Positions 22,289 through 32,519 of a stretch of DNA of 64,000 bases are shown one piece after another (within the stretch, counting starts at the first letter, position 1; each line of letters opens with the position of its first letter). The translations under genes were made by a program, and so were the position numbers. Origin of the DNA: Hypanus sabinus (taxonomy: Eukaryota); assembly GCF_030144855.1 (NCBI RefSeq), contig NC_082731.1, forward strand, positions 29,574,001-29,638,000, given 5' to 3'. The notes beneath the pieces are model-generated. The model was not told the DNA's origin, ran no database searches, and was given only the letters and a program-made list of their open reading frames with translations.

Positions 22289-24538
22289 TAGTGAATGATC
22301 AGCCATGATCTCAGAATGGCGGTGCAGACTCGAGGGGCCGAATGGTCTACTTCTGCACCTATTGTCTATTGTCTATTGTATTTTTATTGTCCAGGTGATC
22401 CAAGACTGAATGGGGAGCAAGTGAGATTCCATCTGCTATAGATCTAATGTAACAATAGGGAAATTGCAGTGGGTCCAGGTCCTTGCTTAGGCAGGAGTTG
22501 AATCTGGCTATGACCAACCTGTCAAAGTATTTTATCACAGTAGATGTGAGTGCAACTGGACAACAGTCATTCAGACAGCTCACCCTGCTCTTCTTGGGCA
22601 CTGGTATGATTCTCTATCTTTTGAAACAGGTGGAACCTCTGACTGCGGCAGTGAGATATTGAAGATGTCCCTGAACTCTCCCAGCAGTTAGTTGGCACAG
22701 GGTTTCAATTCCCTACCAGATACATCAGGGCCTGATGCCTTGTGAGGGTTCACCCTCTTGAAAGCTGTTTTGATGTTGGTGTCCAAGACAGAGATGACAG
22801 GCTTAAATGGACGGTTTAAATGCTGAAATGGAGTCAATCATCATCTTGAAGTTTCATCACATCGAGGCCATCTGAGTACATGCTCGGATTCTTCATGAAG
22901 ACAGCAGAGCGCTGGATCACTGCAACAATGTCCAATCAGAATCACAGTCTCTAACTCTAACAATCCCAGAAACATATTTAAGGAGAAAGACAGATGTAAA
23001 AGACCAAAAAAGGATATTTTTATGAGCTATTTGGAAGAGGTTGACCGAGGGAGCACTCTGGCATCATCTTGACCAAGATGAGTTTATTCACTCTTCCGCA
23101 GGTCGTACTTGGGCTTCTTGTCTAATGCAGGATCACCAGGCTAGACTGCCATAGATCGAGACCTCAGCAGACGACAACTCTCCTGGTCCATCCACAACTT
23201 TTGCTTTGGGTATGTCCAGTATGCTCTTGAAGGCACACACTCATCCACACAGGTCTTGATGAAGTTGGTGACAACTGTGGCATATTCATTCCGATTTGAA
23301 GATGAGTCTCTGAATATTATCCAGTTCACCAACTCAATGTCCTGAAGGTGCAGTTCTGCCTTCCTTGACCATATCTTCTTGGTCTTCACTACCAGAACTG
23401 TGCTCTTTAGTCTCTGCCTATATGCCGGGAGTTGAAGAACAGCCAGGTGATCGACCTTACCAAAGTGTGGCCATAGGCTGGCACGGTAACCATTGTTGAT
23501 GGTGGTATAACAGTGGTAAAGTGTTGGTTCCACTGTTTCCACAGGAGATATGTTAGTGGTCATTGTTCAGAGACTTCCTCAAGATGTCCTGGTTCAAATC
23601 CCGGTGTGCCATTTCATGTTTAGTGATCACGGTGCTCAGCTCTTCCAGTGACTGCCCGATGTTGGCCTGAGGTGGCTGCCCCCACACCATGCCTGGATCT
23701 GCTGCAGACTAATGGACTAATTATTCATCGACAACTCCATTATCACCGTGTCATGTGACAGGGGACTGAACCCAGCAGGATTTAATCATGAGCTGTGTCC
23801 TGCAATGATCTTTGTTGGCCCTGCAACGATTCACTGATATTACTGATGACCTGGATGATGGGACACAAAGCCATGTCTATGAGTGCCCAGCAAATGAAAA
23901 GCAGACTCCACAGTAAATAGAATGGCAGGGAGGTTTGAAGTGTAGAGATGGAAGCAGATGAAGTGAACAGGACAACTGGAACAAAGTGAGATCATTGACT
24001 GAGGCAGGCAAGTTTCAGAGATGAAAGGAGAGATTTTTCATGGGAGATTTGAAAGTCAGCATCAGAATTTTCAGTCTGGAGGAATCCCAGGCTCAGTCCG
24101 AAGAGATATGAGGCAGCTCATTGATTCACATCAATGTCACAAATGTATCTACAGATTCTCACATGCACTGAGACAAGAAAATTGCAGGGAAGTGTTGTCT
24201 TTGATGAGAAACTGCATCTCTCATCGCAATTCACAGCTCCAATAGCACATTTTATTGGCATTCCAGCAGCTAAATGTCACGTAGCTGGCCAACTGTCCTG
24301 TAGTCCCTGCTGTGACCCGACTGGGTCCCGAGGAAATAAGCTCCTGGATGTTTGGTTTTGTTCTCTCAGTCAAAGGTTGTAAGCAGAGATGAGCAACCCA
24401 CTCTGCAAACAAACCTGATTTCATTCCAATGTACAAGTCTGTACAAATTGAGCTTCAGGATAAGTCTGAGCTGAAGTTGTCAAGCCAGCTGACAGCAGAT
24501 ATTGTCCAGTTTGTAAATTTTCTATTTCTCATCTACAG

Positions 24539-24841
24539 AGTTGTCTGTCTTTATCCAAAATCCCTCCATTGAAGAGATGTGGATCAACCAGACCGCTACT
24601 CTGGTGTGTATGATTGTGGGTGCTGATCTGAGCCAGGTCCAAATCCACTGGCAGGTGAACAAGGAGGAGAAAATCAAAGCAAACGTGACCAAAAAGCCCA
24701 GAGAGGAAGGAACCCAAGACACAGTGATCAGCCAACATCAGACCAGTGTGGAGGAGTGGGCCAGTGGGGTGGAGTACACTTGCTCTGCCCAACAACCTTC
24801 TTCAACCTCACCAGTATCAGCACAGACGAAAAGAACCAAAG
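24539..24841 (+). CDS. IgW: Second CH3-like IgW constant exon (CH3')
   Basis: Acceptor tttctcatctacag; open 101-codon Ig domain with both Cys and Trp; donor G|GTGGGC; about 52/101 aa identical to 4040-4342 (hand count). Confidence 0.88.
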
Positions 24842-24930
24842 GTGGGCAAGAGGTCAGCGATTAAAATGGACAACGTTGGTTACCTCAGTAAAAATGTTTG
24901 ACATTTCCATTGTTTGCCCATCAGTTCCAG

Positions 24931-25248
24931 TGGAGACAAAAGGTCCCAAAGTCAGACTGCTGCCTCCGCCAGAAGGAGAGACCAAGAGTGGGAACACGGT
25001 CACTCTCGAGTGTATTGCTTCTGGATTCTACCCAAACCAAATAACCATCACCTGGGAGAAAGGGGACTCTCTGATCTCTTCCAACATCAGTGTGAGACCA
25101 GCTGCTCTGGAACAGGGAGGGACTTTCATCGCCAGCTACGTCCTGACTGTGAGCACAGAGGAGTGGAAGGAAGGCTCAGTTTTCAGATGCACAGTGTCTC
25201 ACCCCCCCTCCAACACCAGCGTCAGGCAGGATGTGAAAAACATTCAAG
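24931..25248 (+). CDS. IgW: Second CH4-like IgW constant exon (CH4')
   Basis: Acceptor gttccag; intact Ig domain ending VKNIQ; donor G|GTATGA; about 65/106 aa identical to 4429-4746 (hand count). Confidence 0.88.
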
Positions 25249-26399
25249 GTATGATTCTGAGACTCACTCCACTGTTGACATCCTCTGCCACAGCCACAAC
25301 ACAGGGCCAAGCAAGGTCAATAGGTAACGACAAGTGTGGCATTGTTGTAGTTGTGTGAGTGGATCAATAATGCAGAGGCAGAGAGTGGGAAAGAATCAGA
25401 TTTCATCCGATGTTTCCAGAACTTGACTCTCTTCCAAACTACCAACACAAGGTCTGTCTGTCCATCAGTAAGACAGATGTGTGAGAGTGCAGCACTCCCT
25501 CAGTACTAGTACCAGGATCACTGACCTGCAGTCTGTTCCCAAGCCTCAGGACAACGGCGTGAACACACAACCAGAGGCGACTGTGCCGGATTCTAGTTTG
25601 AGATTACGAACTACTTCTCTGATGTTCTTTGGTGAAGGACACTGGCCTTCCTACCCTGTTTACCCATATCCATCAGTCCCACACCAAACTCTTCACTGCT
25701 CTGTGATCGGCCGGCTGGAGCAGAGCAAGGAATGCCGGCCTTGTCAGTGAGGGACTGATGAAATAATGACTGCAGGATCAATGTTTGCACACCAGCGTCT
25801 CAGAGACATGAAGCAAGTCTATCTGTCAGCAGAACTGGAGGAACTGAGTTCCACTGGAGCAGGCATTGTGGAATATAACTGGACCCAGACAGTTGTTGAG
25901 TTCCAGTAAACCAGAGAGATGCACAGTACTCAGCCAGGCACAGAACTAGTGCTGAAGTAATGGTACACAGTACACTTGTGATGCTATCTCAATGTTATCC
26001 CTTTCTCTGTCCATAAATGTTCTCTAACCTGCTGGATACTTTCCACAATTTCCTTTTCATTTCCAAATGTAAAAACCCTTCATACTTTAGATGCAGAGAG
26101 ATCTCTAGTGGTGTAAACGCTGGCCTGAATGGTGTAAGAACAGAATATTCCCAGTAAACATCAAATAAAAAATAGTCCATTCCCAATAGGAACCCTCTAA
26201 AGTTACCCTTCCCTACCAGATTAGATGGAAAGAAGTTGGGTCACTGGGTTCTCTGCAACAGAGATTCCCATGGACAGAGTGGTCAACAGCTCCAATTGTC
26301 AACCTTCAGTTGATGGTTGATCCTGCAACAGTGTGGTTCACGTCACTGAAACAAGCAAGGCTACCTGCAAGTCCTTTCTCATTAGCTCTAACTGCAAAT

Positions 26400-27248
26400 A
26401 TATATTACTTTACTTTATTGTCACCAAACAATTGATACTAGAGTATACAATCATCACAGTGATATTTGTTTCTGCGCTTCGTGCTCCAGGGAGTACAAAT
26501 CGAAACAAATATAATAAAAATTTAAATTATAAATCATAATTAGAAAATAGAAAAGGGAAAATAAGGTATTGCAAGTCAGGTCCAGATATTTGGAAGGTAC
26601 GGCCCAGATCCCAGTCAGGATCTGTTCAGCAGTCTTATCACAGTTGGAAAGAAGCTGTTCCTAAATCTGGCCGTATGAATCTTCATGCTCCTGTATCTTC
26701 TCCCAGAGGGAAGTGGAACAAAAAGTGTGTTGGCTGGGTGGGTCTTGTCCTTGACTATCCTGGCAGCACTGCTCCGACAGCGTGTGGTGTAAAGTCAGTC
26801 CAAGGATGGAAGATTGGTTTGTGTGATGTGCTGGGCTATGTTCACTATCTTCTGCAGCCTCTTCCGGTCTTGGACAGGACAACTTCCATTCCAGGTTGTG
26901 ATGCACCCGAGAAGAATGCTTTCTATGGTGCACCTATAAAAATTAGTGAGAGTTTTAGGGGACAGGCCAAATTTCTTCAGCTTTCTCAGGAAGTAAAGAC
27001 ACTGGTGGGCCTTCTTGGCAGTGGACTCTGCTTGGTCAGACCAAATTAGGTCATTTGTGATATTCACCCCGAGGAACTTAAATCCTTTAACCTGTTCCAC
27101 CTGCAACCAACGATGTAGATGGGGTTGTGTGATCCGCTACTCCTTCTGAAGTCAACAACCAATTCCTTCGTCTTGCTGACATTGAGGGATAGGTTATTGT
27201 CTTCTCACCATGCCACCAGGTTCTTAATTTCCTCTCTGTACTCAGACT
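26400..27248 (-). mobile_element. 5'-truncated Rex1/Babar-like LINE 3' fragment
   Basis: FKFLGVNIT...AKKAHQCLYFLRKLKKFGLSPKTLTNFYRCTIESIL (26795-27106). Confidence 0.8.
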
Positions 27249-27329
27249 AATTTCATGATTAAATACATCAAAATAAGTTACTAACATTTCTGAGATCCTG
27301 CAGTTCTTGTTAACACTTCCTTGTGTCAG

Positions 27330-27373
27330 GTCTGATCTTGTTGGAAACTTGTGAAGACTACTTGAGAGGCTAA
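27330..27373 (+). CDS. Candidate short secretory exon after CH4' (GLILLETCEDYLRG*)
   Basis: Branch-like ttaac plus acceptor ttccttgtgtcag, phase-1 compatible; TAA at 27371-27373; AATAAA at 27405-27410; lies in non-repeat sequence. Confidence 0.5.
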
Positions 27374-27404
27374 ACGTTAGCCTGTGTTTGTGTAATCAAG
27401 GTTG

Positions 27405-27410
27405 AATAAA
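27405..27410 (+). terminator. Poly(A) signal of the candidate secretory exon
   Basis: AATAAA 31 nt after the stop. Confidence 0.45.
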
Positions 27411-28003
27411 GAAGGTGTGGAAAGCATTCAGCGACCAATGTTCCGTGCCGGTACATTTTGGGATACAATGTGTGACTTAAACATGAGGGGTGGGAAGTGT
27501 TGCCTGGTTGGTTCTGTCCTCCATTGTATAAGCAGTTAGACATTCCAGTAGATGTATGTGTATGTGTGTTATAGTTTCCACTCTGCAAATGATAGAACAT
27601 TCCCGATTGGTCCACAGTTTCAAATATACAAAGTTAATTGACGGGGAAAGGAACTTTATCAACTTCATGAAGACATTTGGTGAACTCATTCAGAAAGTGG
27701 AGAGTTAGAGAAAGAAGGGACAATATGTAGCCAGTGATGCCCTGGGACCTGCAGCAATGTGTTGAGTGCTGATATTATTCACTAGATTTATTCATGGTTT
27801 AGATATTGGGCAGAAACACACATGACCAACTTTGCCACTCACACATGGCTGGCAGATCTGTCGGCAGTCTGGAAGGCTTTAACTACTGAGATAATAATCG
27901 ATGAAATGAATAGGCATCAACCAAGTCCTCAAGTTTGTTGTCATGTTGATCTTCATGAAACATTGACAAGAAACTAACTCTCTCACTTTCTCAATTCTTT
28001 CAG

Positions 28004-28146
28004 AAACCTGCACAGACTTGACAGGAGAGGAGGGGAAGGAAGAACAGGGACACGTGGATGGAGATGACAATGTGCCTACAGTTGCTGCCTTTGCCATTCT
28101 GTTCATCATCAGTTTCCTCTACAGCACCTTCGTCACCGTTGTCAAG
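28004..28146 (+). CDS. IgW: IgW transmembrane exon TM1 (ETCTDLTGEEGKEEQGHVDGDDNVPTVAAFAILFIISFLYSTFVTVVK)
   Basis: Strong acceptor tttctcaattctttcag; acidic spacer; CART-like F..LF..S..YST.VT motif; phase-0 donor AAG|GTAACT. Confidence 0.9.
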
Positions 28147-28319
28147 GTAACTAATTGACTAATGGAGGCATCCCATGAAACCCAAACTTTCACCTTCCTT
28201 ATCTCACCACATTGCATTCTCTGACACTGCAACCCCAACGACAGCACAATCAACAGACAATGCAGTCTGAGGCCTTTCACAACCGCTCGGACTTTACACC
28301 TTTCCTCTTCACTCCGAGC

Positions 28320-31300
28320 CTCTGGGCCTTGATAAGCAGAAGTTATGAGGTGTACAAAAGGGACAGATTACACCTGAATCCATGGGGGACAAACAGATTT
28401 GCAGACAGGTTTGCTAGTGCTGTTCAGAAGGGTTTAACCAAATTTGGCAGGGGGATGGGGAATGAAGTGAAAGGGTTGAGGATCAAATCATTGGTTTACA
28501 AACAGAGGCAATGTGTAGTGAGACGACTAGAAAGAAACCGATGTTCGGGTAAAATTACACTCAACAGGATGAGTTGCAATGTAAAAGGGGGACAAAATTT
28601 TAAACTGTGCTGAATACAGGACTGAAGGTGTTATATTTGAATGCACATAGTATACGGAGTAGGCTAGATGAACTTGCAGCACAGCTACAGATTGGCATGT
28701 ATGAACTTGTGGGCATCACTGAATTGTGGATGAAAGAAGATTGATGCCCAAGGATAGACATTGTATCAAAAGGACAGGAATATAGGCAGAAGGTGTGGTG
28801 TGGCTGTGTTGGTAAAAAATTAAATTAAATCACAAGTAAGTAGTGACATAGGATCAGATGGTGTAGAATTTGCAAGAGTGAAAGATGCTGATGGGAGTTA
28901 TAAACAGACCTGTGAACAGTATAGCAAATATGTCGTCTACAAATTACAACAGGAGACGGAAAATGCACGTCAAATGTTAAGATAATCATCGGGAATTTCA
29001 ATATGCAGGTTGATTGAGTCGGATTGCACCAGAACCGCAGGGGAAACATTATCCTGGCTTCAAGATTTGCTGACGCTGCATGGGAGAGTTTAAGGGATCC
29101 CAATAGGGCTGAGTTTGTTAAGTGTATCCAGGAAAGTTTCTCAAATCAGTATGTGTACGGTCCAATGAAAGGATGGGCCACCCTGCTCCTGGTACTGGAG
29201 AATGAGCCTGGACAGGTGACTGACCTTTCAGTGGGTAAACAGTAAGGGAAGAGTGACAACTCATTAACATTTAAGATAATGATCGACAAAGATAGGTATT
29301 ATCCTTGTGGAACAATTTTAAATTGGCATAGGGCAATTTACAAGGACATTCAGCAGGAACTAAGAAGTGTTAATTGGAAACACTTTTTCTCTGGCAAGTT
29401 CACATCAGATATGTGGAGGGTGTTTAAAGAGCAATTGCACAGAGTACAGGAAAAGTATGTTCCTGTCAGAAGGAAGAATGGGGATGGAAAGATAAGAGAA
29501 CACTGGATGTTCAGCGAGGTGATGAATTTAGTCAAGAAGAAAAAGATAAAGTATGTAAAGCTTCAGAAGGTCAAATCAAACAAAGCACATGAGGGTATAA
29601 AGAAGCCAGAAAGGAACCAAAGGGAATTAGGAAAGCCAGGATGGGTCATGAAAAGTCCTTGGCAAGTTGGATAAGGTGAATCCCAAGGCATTATATACAT
29701 GTGTCAAGGGTAAGAGGATAACTCGGGAGAGGGTGGGACCACTCAATGATAAAGGGAGAAATATATGCTTGGATGCAGAGAATGTGAATGAGGTACTTAT
29801 TGAGTACTTTGCTTCAGTATTTACAAAGGAAAAGGATGTGGAGGACCAAGAGATCAGTGCTGAGTGTATAAATAAATTCGGGCATTTCAAAGTAAAGTTG
29901 GACCTCTGAAAAATGATTAAGATCCATAAGTCCTTAGTACTAATGTCGTGCCTCTATTTATGAAGGGAACAAGGGTACACCTTTAAGGGCAAGGTCCTTA
30001 ATCGTGTTGCTGAGAAGAGAGATCTTGGGATGCAAGTTCAAATTCCTTGAAAGTGGCCGCGCAGGTCAATAAGGGGGTTAACAAGGTTTATGGAAAGCTT
30101 GCTTTTATTAGTTGTGGCATTGAGTTCAAAGGTCAGGAGGTTATGTTGCAACTTTACAAAACTCTGGTTCAATCACATCTGGAGTATTGCGTAGAGTTCT
30201 GGTTGCCCCACTATAGGAAATATATTGAGGCTTTGGAGAGGGCGCAGAAGAGGTTTACGAGGATGCTGCCTGGTTTTGAGAGCATGTGCTATCATGAGAG
30301 GCTGGATAAACTTGGTTTGTTTTCTTTGGAGCATCAGAGCTAAAGCTGGATCTATGGAGGTTGACAAGATTATGAGAGGCATAGATAGAGTGGACAGAGA
30401 GAATCTCTTTTCCAATTGTTCTAAGGAAGTAGGAGGGTATGGACATGGTGTAAGTAGGAGGGACTGATGTCTGGATGGTTTTGATTTGCTTTACAGCTTG
30501 TTCAGCACATCATTGTGGGTTGAATGTCCTGTGCAGTACTAAATCGTTTTGGTGCCGGATCCCAAGGGAATGAATTTGTAGAATGTCTACTAGCTTGCTT
30601 TTTTAGAGCAGCTGGTGTTTGAACCCACTAGGCAGTTAGTTATTCGGGATTTGAGGTTGTGCAATGAATCAGAGTTAAAATTAAAGGAACTCTTAGGAGC
30701 CAGTGATCAAAATATGATAGAATTCACCATGCAATTATTTTGAGAAGGTGAGCTAAAGTCATATTTATCAGTATTACTGTGGAGTAAAGGGAATTTCAGA
30801 GGCATTGAGAGGAGCTGGCCAAAATTGATTGGAAGGGGATACTAGCAGGGATGATGGCAGAGAAGCAATGGCTGGAGATTCTGGGAGAAAATTGGAATGC
30901 ACAAAATAGATGCATCCTAAAGAAGAAATATTCTACAGGCCAGATGATGCCAGGCAGTATCTATGGAAAAGAGTAAACAAAAGATGTTTCGGGCCAAGTC
31001 CCTTCATCAGTCTGAAACATGGACTGTTGACTCTTTTACACAGATGCTGCCATGCCTGCTAAGCTCAACCAGCATTTTGTGGTGTTGCCTTAGAACCCAT
31101 GGTACTACAGGAAAGATATTGGGGTGGTTAGAACCCTGGCTGATTGTCAGGAGCACAGATTAGGAATAAAGGGAGCCTTTTCTGGTTAGCTGCCGGTAAC
31201 CGGTGACTACATGTGACCGCATCTTTTCATATAAAATATCAATAATTTGGATAATGGAATTGATGGCTTTTATGGAAGGGTTGCAAATGCTACAAAGATA

Positions 31301-31640
31301 GGTGGAGGGGCAGGCAGAGTTGAGGAAGCTTCTTATGGTGGACGAGTCTATGACCAGAGAGCACAGCATCAAAATTGAGGGACCTTTTTTAGAAAGGAGA
31401 TCAGGACAAACTTTTATCAGCAGAGAGTCATGAACCTGTGGAATTCACTGTCACATGCGGCTGTGGAGGCCAATTCTTTAGGTATATTCAAGGCAGAGGT
31501 TGATAGATTCTTGATTAGTCAGGGCATGAAGGTGGACAGGGAGAAGGCAGGAGATTGGGGTTGAGAGGGAAAATGGATCAGCTATGATGAAATGGTGAAG
31601 CAGACTTGATGGGCCAAAATGGCCTAATTCTACTGCTATA
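28320..31640 (+). mobile_element. Stack of old CR1-like LINE fragments
   Basis: Degenerate SGNH-end, EN and RT C-terminal translations (e.g. 30047-30343). Confidence 0.7.
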
Positions 31641-31849
31641 ACTTATGGTCTTAATGGAGTAGTTCTGAGGGTTAAGAGCTATTTCAAAAACCCTGGGGTT
31701 AATTAGGATTGGTCAGCAAGGCTCTGTGTATGGGAGATTGTCTCATGAACTTCCTCCATTTCATCCCTGCACCACCTTCCATAAGACCATAAGGTCTCTC
31801 TCTCTTTCTGTTCCCATCTGTTCATTCCTCATCTATTATGGCAAAGTAA

Positions 31850-32400
31850 TTTAGTGAGAATGGCTCCAGGGGCAGTGTTTTGCTCTCTGTGTGGGATGTG
31901 GGAAGTTTGGGAGACTCCAGTCTCTCAGGTGAACACATCTGTACCAGATGCACCAAGTTCCAGCAACTGAGAGAATGTTTTTTCAGGAACTGAAGCTGCA
32001 ACTCGATGAGCTTTGACTCATACGGGAGACTGAGGAGGTGATAGACAGGAGCTACAGGGAGGTAGTTACCCCAAGGCTGCAGGAGACAGGTAGCTGGGTG
32101 ACTGTCAGGAAAAGGAGGGTAAATGCACAACCAGTGCAGAGAACACCTGTGGCTGTTCCACTCAATAATTTAAGTATTTAACTTTAGATACAATGGAGAG
32201 GAATTGACCTACTGGGAGGATCCAGAATGACTGGGTCTCTGGCACTTAGTCTGATGATGTGGGTCAGAAGAGGAGAGAGGTTAAGAGTAATGCAGTGATG
32301 ATAGGAGATTCCTTTGTCAGAAGAACAGGGACGAGGTTCTGTGGGCTTGATAGAGAAACACAGATGGTATGTTTCATCTCAGCTGCCAGGAACAGGGATG
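31850..32400 (+). mobile_element. Decayed CR1 ORF1 5' fragment
   Basis: MAPGAVFCSLCGMWEV-like start and VMIGDSF motif, homologous to 19580 and 60140. Confidence 0.7.
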
Positions 32401-32519
32401 TCACAAATCCTGTCCATGGTATTCTCAACGGCAAATGTGAACAGCCGTTCACATTGTCTTTCTTACAAGACACTCCAAACTGCACCGGTTTCCAAGAGTA
32501 TGGATATCTGGCACGGCTA

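Larger units (their letters stand above)
19349..22379 (+). mobile_element. CR1-like LINE with 5' UTR, intact ORF1 and internally deleted ORF2
   Basis: CpG-rich 5' end; ORF1; EN followed directly by the RT C-terminus; (CTATTGT)x3 tail at 22359-22379. Confidence 0.88.
18130..23720 (-). mobile_element. Rex1/Babar-like LINE remnant, interrupted by a CR1 at 19349-22379
   Basis: Minus-strand fragments LIYTLCTHDCVA...YKFAD, CLNDCCPVALTS and HCYTT...HFGKVDH are collinear on both sides of the CR1. Confidence 0.75.

Noticed and set aside
25249-25358. Read-through tail of CH4' (and of CH4, 4747-4799)
   Set aside because: Canonical GT donors are present, the read-through peptides are unrelated between the paralogues, and there is no nearby AATAAA.
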